A DNA stretch of 64,000 nt, from the NCBI GenBank assembly GCA_040954595.2, contig CM082583.2:3295060-3359059 (forward strand). The letters run 5' to 3'. Shown here in pieces: positions 1 through 11,740 of the stretch (its first letter is position 1; each line of letters begins with the position of its first letter). The DNA is from Balanoglossus misakiensis (lineage: Eukaryota; Animalia; Hemichordata). Position numbers and translations under genes: made by a program. Below the pieces are notes generated by a model that saw nothing but the letters and a program-made list of their open reading frames with translations, was not told the origin of the DNA and did not search any database.

Positions 1-279
1 GGCCAGTGATTTCCATGCATGTGAGTTTATCTGGGGCTAGAGGGTCGCTACAGACAGTACACATCAATATTTTTGCACTTTACAGCTGGTGTGAATGGAA
101 AGCCTTTTTGCAACAGTGAAGCAAACAATCGGTTGCTTTCCAGTGGGTTTGGATGCATGAGCACATATGACTTATCGGTACAGCTACAGGACATGATATG
201 GGGATAAGAATAAAATATCATGTTTGTATTTTGTTTGTGTTATAATGAATTTGATAAAGCCAGAAAATTACGCTCTTAC

Positions 280-1644
280 CTCATAGACTCTGTATCTTAT
301 GATGTCATTTTTCTTCATAACTTTCCTCACTTCTTGAAGCAACGTTTGATGAAAAAGAAACTCTAATCCAGCTTGTGATCTTCCAATACATGTCAGTACA
401 TTAATGGCTTCCTTTGCAATGCTGATTGCACTGTCTGCAATACACTGTACACATTGATAAACAAGTTCAACAGATGTGTTTAGGATTTGGTTGGTGCCCT
501 TCTCAGTTTTAGCACATCTACGCACCTGTCAAAATAACATGCACATTATTAAATTCAAGTGTATATAATTAAGCTGTGTACATGTATATCATAGAATCAC
601 ATTTATGGATTAACTTAAATGTATTTTGTCAAGGTTTTACTACAGCTGTTCTTGAATTTGTCGCAATTTAATCCATACTGACAGAAATGACCTACCTGTG
701 TTAAAAATAAGTGTTTCACTGGTTCGGAGGAACTCTTCAGTCCATCATATAATTGGTCTTTATACTGAGAAACAATACATGATGGTTCCATGGCTTCAAA
801 TAATTTCTTCAAAATATCCTTACTTTCTTCACTTTGTTCCCTAAAAATTAGAACACAGAACAAGAAAACTTCAAGGTCTGTGCACATTATTGAATGTTAT
901 GCTGTACACTAGGATGCAACAGATGGAAAACATAGCATCAAGGACACTGTGGTCCTATTTGGAGATTACAGAGAAATAGGTATACACCAGAATAAAAATC
1001 CCAGGTGACAATTGGCAAGATATGACCTAACCATGATTTAAAGATGTGGGAAAAGTAAAAAGAAATTAACAGGAACATGCCCAATCAAGTGTCATGTGTC
1101 ATGCCAGTCTTAGAAGCAGTGCTAAAGAAATTTATTTTTGACCAAAAAACTTTCAAAAGTGGCAAAAACACAAATATCAGTCCGTAGGGGTAATCAGCAC
1201 CCCCCCCCCCCCCCCCAACGGTACAGCTGTGTTACCACAGCTAGCCTCTGATAGAGGCCTTGTAACGCCGGGAACACATAGACCTGTACGCACGGCTAAA
1301 ACGAAGGCAAAACCCCGAGCTACTGAACTGCAGCTAACCATGGGGAGTAGCCAGTAAAAAAATCATCACACGGCTTTCGCATAGTAACCCAGTCATGCCA
1401 GTGTCTGTAGTTTCTGCTACACATGCTCGTCATAACGCAGAATCATGCATCGTATTCTTGTCTTTTACCTGTTGTTCCCGTGCAGACATGAAAATAGCGC
1501 ATCAAACGACAGGTTTGGTGCCACATCTGCCAATGTTGCAGTGTTCAACTGAGCAAGTAAAGTCCTCAGTTCCTGTAAGGTGGCAAGTTTGTCGTCTGAT
1601 CCAGATAGACTTGCTAGCAGACCAACAATCGTGGAGGTCGCCAT
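280..1644 (-). CDS. PSMD5: 26S proteasome non-ATPase regulatory subunit 5 (S5b chaperone), first three coding exons; gene continues left of the window
   Basis: Exons 1644-1469, 840-696 and 525-280 have GT-AG boundaries and consistent phase. ATG is in AAAATGGCG context. Translation MATSTIVGLL...REQSEESKDILKKLF...NDIIRYRVYE; the DIxRYRVYE motif matches PSMD5. Confidence 0.88.
926..1146. repeat. Dispersed ~200-bp repeat, second copy at ~36773-36978
   Basis: GAAAACATAGCATCAAGGACACTG...ACACCAGAATAAAAATC...AACATGCCCAAT...TTTTTGACCAAAA is shared with the copy in the R7BP-like intron. Confidence 0.7.
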
Positions 1645-1749
1645 TTTGATTTCGCTCTACCTCCACAAGGGGGCGTTGTTTTGGTCGTCCAGCTGAGCCC
1701 AAGCAACTGTTTGCCAAGTTCTTTGGCAAATTGTCTTTACTGCCCATAC

Positions 1750-1800
1750 CACAGGGAACTCAGTAATTTTGTTATTGTTATTGTTGTTGTTATTATTATT

Positions 1801-1842
<42 letters not shown>

Positions 1843-2640
1843 AAGATTGGTAATAAAATTTTAAAAAAAATCAATGTGTCATTTCTTGCTATGTTTGTCG
1901 ATGTTGTAGATAACTGTAAAAAAAAAACCAACCATAATCGTGGAAAACACGACCTAGGTCGCCGAATGTCACTACCGTCTTACATACAGGCAAGGGTGGA
2001 ATCCACATGCCCATGTACGTGTAACTGCGTTCAAAATAACGCGAAAAAAAGGAGGCGAAACCTTAAGAGTCATACAGATAAATGGATACTTCCCAACTTT
2101 GTCATAAAATCTACCATTTTACGTCTTGAATACAGTGCAGTCGATAGTCAGAACGTACACTTCCGGGTGTTGCTCGTACGAGTTGAGCGGTGGCCGAGGC
2201 AGCCTTTACAGGGCGCCCGATTGGTCAATTTAAATAGGCAGAGAAATGGAGCCATCACCACCTGTCGCGTCATTCAAATGTGATTGAATTTGACTGGGTA
2301 CGACTTGGAAATCGCCGTTTTTCCACTCGTTTGCAGGTCGATAGATGAAGTGAAGCCCAAATTAGGTCAGTGAGATAAATTTCAATGCCTATGGTGGCAT
2401 AATTTAATCGCTCGCTGGTGAATGGGGTGATTTTTCAGGGCCTTGAAGGTGGCCCATGAGCCTAGATCAGGGCATGTGGATTCCACCCTTGCCTGTATGT
2501 AAGACGGTAGTGACATTCGGCGACCTAGGTCGTGTTTTCCACGATTATGGTTGGGTTTTTTTTTTACAGTTATCTACAACATCGACAAACATAGCAAGAA
2601 ATGACACATTGATTTTTTTTTAAATTTTATTACCAATCTT

Positions 2641-2676
<36 letters not shown>

Positions 2677-2724
2677 AATAATAACAACAACAATAACAAT
2701 AACAAAATTACTGAGTTCCCTGTG
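1750..2724. mobile_element. P-element-like non-autonomous foldback MITE (~260-bp TIRs containing (GTT)n, 7-bp TSD CCCATAC)
   Basis: 1750-2012 and 2470-2724 are near-perfect inverted copies starting CACAGGGAACTCAG. CCCATAC flanks both ends. An uninterrupted copy of the target repeat lies at ~13870-13975. Confidence 0.85.
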
Positions 2725-2891
2725 CCCATACGTCCAATAAAATCAATTCAGCTGTATCTAATAACAAATTATGTATTATCATCATCATCATCATCATCAT
2801 CATTTTACTGCCCATAAGTCCAATAAAATCAATTCAGCTGTATCTAATAACAAATTATGTATCATCATCATCATCATCATCATCGTCATCA
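2725..2891 (+). repeat. Retroelement-like 3' tail (AATAAA plus (CAT)n) in two tandem copies; its 5' part lies at ~1705-1749 and an intact copy at ~13856-13975
   Basis: CTTTGGCAAATTGTCTTTACTGCCCATA..GTCCAATAAAATCAATTCAGCTGTATCT..CAAATTATGT followed by (CAT)n. Confidence 0.65.
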
Positions 2892-2941
2892 TTCCTCTGT
2901 AGGTTCCGTGTTGTGTAGCTGAAAATTAGGCGGCCGAGGGG

Positions 2942-3785
2942 TAGTCTGGTTCCCTGCCCCAATCCCACCGCTGGCTGCGCTACGCTAAAGGGAAAGGGGT
3001 CAGGTATAGTCTCGGTTACCCAGACGCCTTTGCTTCTTCCGATGCTCTCCAGAAAAAGGCTCTGGGGAAATGCTATTGAAAGCTTTGTAAAACAAAATGG
3101 CCGATGTCAGGATTTTGATCATCGCCTGATTGGCTGAGCTGTCAGTATGACCCGGGTCACTGCAATAGTTTCGACAATCGTCTACCAAAGATATTTCATA
3201 TAATTTCTCCAACAATGCTAACAGAGGACGCCTTTTGCCTTTCGCATCAACCAACAAGTACTGGTCTCTTGATATGAAGATACGACAAATAATCACACAT
3301 TGTCGACAGTCAGTGACCCGGGTCATACTGACAGCTCAGCCAATCAGGCGATGATCAAAATCCTGACATCGGCCATTTTGTTTTACAAAGCTTTCAATAG
3401 CATTTCCCCAGACCCTTTTTCTGGAGAGCATCGGAAGAAGCAAAGGCGTCTGGGTAACCGAGACTAGGTCAGGTACGGCCCGATTTCACACCCAGAAACC
3501 TGGGTGTGAAACAAGATGGATGCCTCCAATGTCCGTATGCCAGTCAAGATTCATCCAGGCAGTTTATTTTGTTTCGTTTGTTGTAAAGTTGGAAATCGAA
3601 TGATAAACATTCATGGAGGTGAAGGAGAGAACGGGAAATGAGTATCTTACAACAACTTATCAATTTAACAACTTAATTTTCGTATGTATTGACCAATGAG
3701 AGCCATGTTTACAATAGGCCGTGCCTGACCCTTTCCCTTTAGCGTAGCGCAGCCAGCGGTGGGATTGGGGCAGGGAACCAGACTA
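2942..3785. mobile_element. Academ-like non-autonomous DNA transposon (TAG...CTA ends, 9-bp TSD GCCGAGGGG), host of a nested element
   Basis: TIR TAGTCTGGTTCCCTGCCCCAATCCCACCGC... matched inversely at ~3717-3785. TSD at 2933-2941 and 3786-3794. Confidence 0.85.
3007..3466. mobile_element. Academ-like MITE nested in the left TIR of the previous element (156-bp TIRs, 9-bp TSD GGTCAGGTA)
   Basis: 3007-3162 and 3311-3466 are inverted copies starting TAGTCTCGGTTACCCAGAC. TSD at 2998-3006 and 3467-3475. Confidence 0.9.
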
Positions 3786-4787
3786 GCCGAGGGGGCGTAG
3801 CGCCGACTCGGAGCTCGGGGTGGGGAGGGTGCACGTGGGAGGGGGTATCCCTCTCGCGTAGCAGGAGCTTTTTTAAAAATCTACACGGGCCCAAGCAGTG
3901 AATTTGTTGCAATCTTTCAAAGTTTAAAGACCTTCAGATGAACTTAGCTGTACATAAAGATAATAACATACTAGGAAATGCAGGAGTCTCATTCACAACG
4001 TCATGCCAAGGTCTGGATGCTCCCCAGAGTGGAAAACTGTAGTCGAGCTAACAACCCGTGCAAGCGGATGAAGCATTCACACAAAAAGTTCAGCGATCTC
4101 TTGACACGAACTTATCTTCATCAAACTCATCAAGTACATTTTGATCATCACTGGGCCTACAGCAGTATAAAACGTACGTTTGATCCTATGCAGATTTCGG
4201 CTCTCTGATCTCTGTTTATGTATGAACGACATATTTTCCCAAAAGAAACTACGCGAAAAAAAAAAATTCTTGGATGAAGTCGCACAGGCCTAAATGTGTT
4301 CACCGTAATTCTTCCTTTCACTGGTCTGTATAGAAAGCATATGCTTGTAATGAAGTTGTAAGTATAGAATACGGTCGCCTCCCTATTTTTCACTATACCA
4401 TAGGCCTAAGGCGTTGTATAAATGAGTACAAAAACAGAACTTATACCCCAGGATGTAATAAATGGACAATTTTTTGGCAAAGTTAAATATGTCCTCGACA
4501 GATACAAAGCTGATATTTCAAAGCTAGTGTGTCATTTTGTAAGTAAAGTATTTTATCTATAAAAAGGAAGATCTCGTTTTCGAATTTGCAGGACAACTTA
4601 CAGATGTGTTCTTTTGCATGTTTGTGCGACGTTTCAATTAAATTTTACAATCGTTTAAATGATATTGATAATCTCTTATTAAAAGAAGTTTTTTGGCTAA
4701 TAAGCAGCTAAAATTAAGTAAATGGTATATGAAATCGAATCGTTATGCTAAAATGTACAGCTCCGTTCTTCCTTGACCAAATTCAGA

Positions 4788-4915
4788 GTATATAATAGCA
4801 ATAAAACACCCCGATTTTGACCAGTTCAACTCCATATACGCACTCGTGACGCGTCTTTTTGCCAAGTCACGTGAGACGCAGTGTTCAGCGAATGGCTGGG
4901 GGTGTTTTTATTGCT
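4788..4915. repeat. Internally deleted copy of the double-hairpin repeat family (see 9675 and 52087)
   Basis: TAATAGCAATAAAACACCCC...GATTTTGACCAGTTCAACTCCATATACGCACTCG...ATGGCTGGGGGTGTTTTTATTGCT. Confidence 0.65.
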
Positions 4916-5776
4916 TGCAGTGCATTATGGGTCACTAGACTTCCGGATGAGGGGGAGAGCTCAGTCGAGTGTCAGCTGTTCACTGTGCAAGTCAATGACA
5001 ACAAGCGTCTACAACCTATCCAATTTTCCAGCGGTTTAGTCAGATTTTCCTCAAGTAGCGTTAGTAGTAGTAGTAGTATAAGTAGTTATATTTTGTTCTG
5101 TTTTAGTGTTAGTTATAGTTATTTATAGTTATTTTTGAGTCTTTAGAACTGTTCTAGTTTCTAAGAACTGTTGTCTCTCGCCTGTTCGATCGACGACGGA
5201 AGCAAGAGTTCAACAATATCAGCGGTGAGTACTTGTATTAAGTTGTAAACTATCACTCTGCACTTACTTTACCACCTCTAGGGGCAAGAATGGACGTAAA
5301 TCGACCATAAAATACTGATTTGGTGTACTTTTCATAATGCTTAAAGTTAGATTTCCATTTAGCATTCGAAACAATGGTTTCACAGCCAATTTCAAAAACG
5401 TGTGAATGGACGTCGCATCATCGCTTTCACTGCTGCATCTTGGCACTTTGTTTCCAAATTATCTGAATAATGTGTAATTCAGTGCAATGCACCTTGGAAA
5501 TTTGACAGAGGATTTGACTTACATGCAGGGCTTCATCATTCATGTTTAATTTATGTTTGATTCTTTGCAATGTTTAAAGTTTGTTTTCTATTGTTTTCAT
5601 TTATTTACCTTTTACTGCTAAATAGTAATGGCACATGGGGAAATAATATGTTCTTTAATCACCCCAAACGGACATTATGGTTATAATATGGAAGTATAGT
5701 CAATATGTTATTGATATACACCATTTATGTGCACATTTTAAATATTTTCCTACTTGTATACTTTATCAGATTAATC

Positions 5777-7975
5777 ATGCCAAGAGGAGGTCATCACTGC
5801 TGTGTCGTTGGCTGTAGCAGTAACAGCAAATGGTCTAAAGAAAAACACTCCTTCTTTCGAATACCAGCTGCAAAAACAAGGGGGAAACTCAGGCAGCAAT
5901 GGCTACAACTCATCAAGAGAGCCCCACCTTTCAAGGCTAGTGACAATACAAGGGTGTGTGATTTACATTTTATTGATGGTACTCCAAGCAAGTCAAATCC
6001 CCTCCCTGTGCTGAACATGGGCTACAAAGTCAAAGTAACCGTTCCACGACGACCTATCATTAGATCAAGCCTTCCAGTTCCATCAAGAGTGACAAATCGA
6101 AAACCACAAGCCATTTCCACAACCACTGCTGAAGAACCTATGGACACACATGAAGACTGTGCACTTCAGGTAGAAGCCAATCCAGGACAAATTGCACAAA
6201 ATGACAAGACAATGTGTGATTTTGCAAATGACCATGACTATGACAGACCAAATACTTCCTGTAGTCATGGCTTTGCAAATGACCATAACTACGCATTACA
6301 AAATATTGAACAGAGCCATGAAACTGTACAAATGCCTGAGCGTGTAAGGGAAGACCAGTGTGAACTCCCAAAGAACTCCCATGGAACATCAACCTTGGAC
6401 AACAGCCTGTCATCAAATGTATCCGTAGAGGATGGAGACTTAACGAGTGTTGTGAAGAAACTCTCAACAAAAGTCAAGATACTGAAAAGCAAGATAAAAA
6501 GGTTGCAGTCCTTGCAGAAACAGAAGCTAAAGTTCAGTATTGATGACATTTGCCACAGTGATAGGAAGATACTGTTTTATACTGGATTAACGTCGTACAA
6601 AGCCTTTGTCATTGTTTTAGGAAAAATAATGAAAAAGGGAGCTGAAAGACTGTCTACCAACACAAGGCCCAGTCGAAGACCATGGTACAGAAAAGGGAGG
6701 AAACCTGGTCCTGTGCGCAAGCTAAAACTCGAAGACGAGTTCCTATTGGTTTTGATGAAGCTCAGGCTTGATCTGCTTGATGAAGATTTAGCAGACAGAT
6801 TTGGAATCAGTATCAATTTAGTGAGGCTGCTTATCAACAGATGGGTACCATTGATGGCTAGAAATAAGATGCTTGAAGAAGTTAATTAACTGGCCCTCTA
6901 AAGACCAGGTTAGTGATGACATTCAGATTTGTTTGTTAAATCTGGAACCTGGGGCTGTATGTTTTGCAGTATTTTTTCCGTGTAGCAGAGTCATGTGAGA
7001 GCAAACACATTGTCTAAAATCCTTGGTTAAAATTTTGGGTTACAAGCATTACAGCTTTGTGTACACCTTGGTTGATATATTTTATTTTATTTTGGATGAT
7101 GGTGTCCGAAGGGTTACAACCATGTCAAATCCCAAGTGCGAGTTTTGTTTTCAACTAAAATGTTTTGTATTTTGAAATAAATTATTTTCAACTCCTATCA
7201 ATTTCAGGTAAAGGCACATCTTCCACGGCAGTTCAAAGCAACCTACACAAAAACAACAGTAATTATTGACTGCACAGAAGTTTTTATTGAGCGGCCAAGT
7301 AACATCGTGGCAAGACAAGAGACCTACTCAAGCTTCAAACACTACAACACTGCAAAGTTTCTTGTTGGTATCACACCTACTGGCAGTATATCATCATTGT
7401 CCAAAGTCTGGGGAGGAAGAGCTTCTGATCGTTCTGATCGGCACATTGTTGAACAAAGACTTAAGTGGTAAGTTTATTGCCAATTGTCAACACAGGATTC
7501 CAATTATGTGTGCATGGGTTGAGAAAAAGTAAAGATTTCAGAAAACTTTTGGAGGTGTTTCATTTTTGATTAAGTTATAGAGAAAACGCCATCGCTATTC
7601 AATTGATCCCCTTTTTTCGCAGAGACTGAATTTTTGGATAAACTGGAGTATGGTGATCAGGTGATGGCTGGCAGTGGATTTGACATTGGTGATGTACTAG
7701 CTCTGCGAGGTTGCACTCTTAACATCCCTCCATTTACCAGAGGAAAGACACAGCTGAGTCAGAAAGAAGTCGAACAGAGCAGGCAGATTTCATCTCTGAG
7801 AATTCACGTGGAACGAGCAATAGAACGTATTAAGAGATTCAGGATCCGTCAAGGAGTCTTCCCCTACCAAAGACTGCATCTACTGGAAGACATAATTACT
7901 GTTTGTGCAGCATTAACTAATCTTTTGCCACCATTGGTAGTAGATCAGGCACCGTCTCAAATTGAATACATGTAA
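5777..7975 (+). pseudogene. THAP-domain DDE_Tnp_4 (ISL2EU/Harbinger-like) transposase, inactivated
   Basis: Exons 5777-6908, 7208-7467 and 7623-7975. THAP C2CH (CCVVGC...W...VCDLHF), HTH (LEDEFLLVLMKLRL..DLADRFGIS), IIDCTEVFIERP, KFLVGITPTG, WGGRASD, LRIHVERAIERIK. Frameshifts near 6865 and 7460; MADRGF is changed to MAGSGF. Confidence 0.88.
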
Positions 7976-8760
7976 TTTTCCATTCTTGTAAAATGATAAC
8001 AGCATACATTTTTTATTACACACCAAGTTCAAGACATGAAAACTTTATTTTCTCTTCTTGAAAGGGAGTTATCTTATGTCATTTCAGATTCATAAATTTA
8101 CATTTGTTTTAAAAAAACAATTTGCATACAATGAAATGGTAATTTATTCCTCTGGAAAACTGAAAGGAAAAGTTTACATTTTTTACCTCTGCTGTCTGGG
8201 ATGCGGAGCTAATCAGATTGGGTGATTTTCCTTTGTCCATTGCCTTCTCTGAAACCGCTTTCCTTATTGCTTTAAAATTTGTTATGCAATTCTGTAGAGG
8301 TGGCCTCATTCAGATTTGTCCAAACTGGTAAAATTTGCATGTTTTTGCCATTTTTAGTCAATGTTGTCATCTAGAACAGGCAGTCTGACTTGCTGTAAAA
8401 GTTAGTATGGGAGGTTCATGTGAGTGAAGGGAGTAAAATAAAGTCAAAGATTGGAAATCGGTCCTTGTTTAGTAATGTGTAAACTGTAGCATTTCAAGAA
8501 AACAGTATAACAATACTACAATCGTAATGATAGCTTCTGTACCATTTTAATTCGGTAATAAATATGTAAATAACAATGTCTGTAAATGAGATTAATTAAT
8601 CAGCAATCTGTGGTGTGCACTAATTGAATTTGTAAATACAAAGCTTTTCGCTATCCAGATACATGCCGTCCCTATCTCATCTGCCATTGTTTATCATTTT
8701 CCTATCTTTGCACTTGCCTTCCCCCCCCCCCCCAATGTCATTTCCATATCCTCTGTCTTA

Positions 8761-9538
8761 TCACGCATCTCTGCAACCATTACAAAACCAGTCATCACTT
8801 TCTAGTCCCTTTTCTTTGCCCGTCAGGCCTACACACTTGAAATGGTACCAAATGTCGCATCTATCACAGGCTACTCCACTTTTCTTTACATCCCGTCCGC
8901 AAGTACCGCATGGCCACATACAATTTCGTTTGCCCTTTGTACTGGTCGTAGACGGTTTAATGGCTGGCAGATCAGTTGGGGCAGGCAACTCTGCTTGCAG
9001 ACCTGTTGAAGCCACGTTGGCCAGAGTGGAGACATCAAGAGGGTCAGCAGTTGCATTAATGCAGTCTGATCCAGGCTGGTGAGTTGGTGGGAATATCTCT
9101 TCCAGGTCTGCTCGAATGAAATCAGGAACATGGCGGGCTGGCGATGAAGTTCCTTGTGGTCGGATTTCATCCTTGATGGCTGGAACCACATGTTGGAGAT
9201 AGAATGTGTCCATGTTGCCCTTTGACTCTGCCCCACTGAGAAGACTTCATCAAACAGAACTGGAATGACAAGTAAACCCAGCTTGGTAAACACAACAAAA
9301 TCACACACTTGAATATTAAGAACACCCATCTGGGCTTGTACCTGTGTGTAATATTGATGTGTTGGTACCAAGCTGTAGTCACCATTACTGTGTCGTTGGA
9401 TATACTTGATGGTATGTCCAACAGCCTGCTGGGGTGTGACATCTCTGGCACTGTATGGACATTTGCACTGAACAACACGTGTCACACAGCACTCGCAGCT
9501 AGCAATCCTGTCTGGGGATACACCAAGATGTGAGTCCC
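8761..9538 (-). pseudogene. YqaJ-like (lambda-type alkaline) exonuclease with C-terminal PHD finger, last exon only, frameshifted
   Basis: LGVSPD...QCKCPY...HQYYTQVQAQM...CDFVVFT, then after frameshifts near 9215-9240 the PHD WPCGTC...VACDRCDIWYHFKCVGL...WFCNGC. Acceptor at 9539-9541. Confidence 0.85.
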
Positions 9539-9674
9539 CTACAGAAATCACCTTTATAGTGCAAAAATTTGATAGTAAAAGCTTAATGTTTGTATAAAAA
9601 CAAGTTAGTTGTCATAATTGAGTATATTTAAATACTAATTTGCATAAAGTTAACACCCCATGACGTATATACAA

Positions 9675-9939
9675 TTATATTATACCAGTATATTGATGGT
9701 TTAAATCACGCTATTTTATTGGTCGAGACACGACACGTGACTGTGATATATTCGTCATATACCACAGTCATATATCATAGTCAAAGAAAATGCCTTTTTA
9801 AAATGTTTTATGCAAAGTTTCAATATACTGGCATAATATAATAGCAATAAAACACACCCAGCCATGGTATACCACTCAATTTTGACCAGTTCAACTCCAT
9901 ATACGCACTCGCTATCGCTCGTGCGTATATGTCATGAAC
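9675..9939. mobile_element. Double-hairpin non-autonomous repeat (possibly Crypton-like), truncated; reverse complement of 52087-52406
   Basis: TTATATTATACCAGTATATTG...CAATATACTGGCATAATATAA hairpin followed by TAGCAATAAAACAC...CGCACTCGCTATCGCTCGTGCG. Confidence 0.7.
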
Positions 9940-10226
9940 GGGGCGCCCCAGTAAGACACCCGTACATGAAATTCATGTGACCTTTATCAAAGTACTTGAA
10001 GATGAATACTGTTTTATTATTTCATGTCCTTTTTACAACGAACAGAGAATCTTTTTACTGCAGCTGAAACACACTATACCGATTTCGAGAATATGCCCAA
10101 TAAATTTGGATAATAATAGGAAATAGTATCGTGGCCATTCACCTGGCAAAATACAGCGTAATTAACGTGCATGAAAATGATACGGCAACAATTTTATGAC
10201 GATTCTCAGTGATTGTCATTATATAA

Positions 10227-11045
10227 GGCTGCATTCACAAACACCTCTGGAGGGGGGGCAGGAGAATTGAGGGGGGGATTTGAAAAAATTGAGGGTATGT
10301 AAGGGGGGGGGATTTGAAATAATTTAGGGACTGAAAGGGGGGGACTTGAAAACTTTGACGACTAAATATTTATTTTGAGTCCACAAAAATGCAGTTTCGC
10401 GCCCTTTATTTTACAAAATTTTCTAATGTGGGAGGGGGACACCCCCTCCCACACCCACCCCCTCCATTTATCAACACCTTTCAAACATTGACTGGTTTAT
10501 CTGGTGTTCCAGGTCAGGGGACTTGCCCCACCCCATGATAACTTTGAGCGGTGACGGTTAAATTTGTCCTCCCCAACATACCGGTAGTTGAGTTAATTTG
10601 CTTTTGCCGGGTTCATTAAAATGCAGCTTTAAGCTCTGCATTTTATAAAATTTTCTTACGTGGGAGGGGGACACCCCCTCCCAAACCCACCCCCTTCAAT
10701 TCTTGGTTTACAATGTCTCCCAACACAGAGTACAGATACTTAAAAAATAAATAAATAAAAAAAATAAAAAAATAAAAACAATGTTCAGTTTTAATACCCA
10801 CTGATGAGGGGAAACATCAGTTTCAAATTCTTTTCATGGGAGCGCTGTTTTTCTTTTTTACAAGATAGATTGGTGATGTGTTTTGCTGTGTGAAAGAAAA
10901 TGGGGGGGGGATTTGAAAATTTTAGCAGTTCGGAAGGGGGGGATTTGAAAATATTTCGGGTTGTTGAGGGGGGCATGTGAAAATTAACGGTAAAAAAAAT
11001 TGAATTCTCCCGCCCCCCCCTCCAGAGGTGTTTGTGAATGCAGCC
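10227..11045. mobile_element. PIF/Harbinger (Tourist-like) MITE with TAA TSD
   Basis: TIR GGCTGCATTCACAAACACCTCTGGAGGGGGG and its inverse at the right end. TAA on both flanks. Internal G-run repeats and a duplicated GGGAGGGGGACACCCCCTCCC hairpin. Confidence 0.85.
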
Positions 11046-11740
11046 TAATGATCTATGTATTTTTTGTTGTCTTTTCTGCTTTGAGTTATCAGGAATATTG
11101 AAATTTACTACTGTACTTATTTTTCTGAGACGTTGTAATTACCCTTTTGTGTTAATTTAAAATTTGACACTGGCCTGATTTTTGTTTTCGATGTATAAAT
11201 CGGCTGGTGCGATCCACTATGACTGGCCGAAAGGTACCACCGTTGCCAGTCTGGGACCACCCCACCCCTCGGACAAGTGCGCGTAACAAAACATGATGGT
11301 GTGTGGCGTGGTATATCTCGAACCAACAGGTTGTTTTAATCGATGACACACAAAAAGTGACGTGGTGAATTTCGAAAATTCATGGATGACATTAAGCCCA
11401 TGAATATCAAAGGCCGGGATCAAGTCACGTCGTAGACTACGTAGGCCTCTAAAACTATAAGGCCCTGCAAATAACATGGATGCCCGATTATACAGCAATA
11501 CACTTAACGTGCGTTACCATGGTGAGAGGATTCCGTTCTAACAAAAGTCAATGTATACATACGTGGTTTCGGAAAATTAATATTCATTATTATTATAACA
11601 GACGCCATATTATATGTACATGCACTCGTTTGGTTTCGCCAGCAGCACAAATTTGATTACCGGGCGTGGATGGGCGAAACCGCTTCTTTTTTGCTCATTA
11701 CGATTATTCATTTTAATTCTGTTATGTATAACATTGTATA

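Larger units (their letters stand above)
4929..9600. mobile_element. Decayed, right-truncated ISL2EU-type (PIF/Harbinger-related) DNA transposon with two convergent genes
   Basis: THAP-HTH-DDE transposase on plus and YqaJ exonuclease-PHD on minus is the established ISL2EU gene pair. The left end (AT|GGGTCACTAG) is tentative and no matching right TIR was found. Confidence 0.8.

Noticed and set aside
1681-2283. 200-aa ORF with poly-Val/Ile hydrophobic stretch
   Set aside because: It is a translation of the (GTT)n tract in the MITE TIR, with no protein features.
5705-6889. 394-aa ORF as a stand-alone host THAP transcription factor
   Set aside because: It runs into transposase HTH and DDE exons through a frameshift, and the first 24 codons are intronic. 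Domestication is not supported from sequence alone.
10796-10818. CTGATGAGGGGAAAC as a hammerhead core
   Set aside because: There is no room for stem II and no supporting stems.
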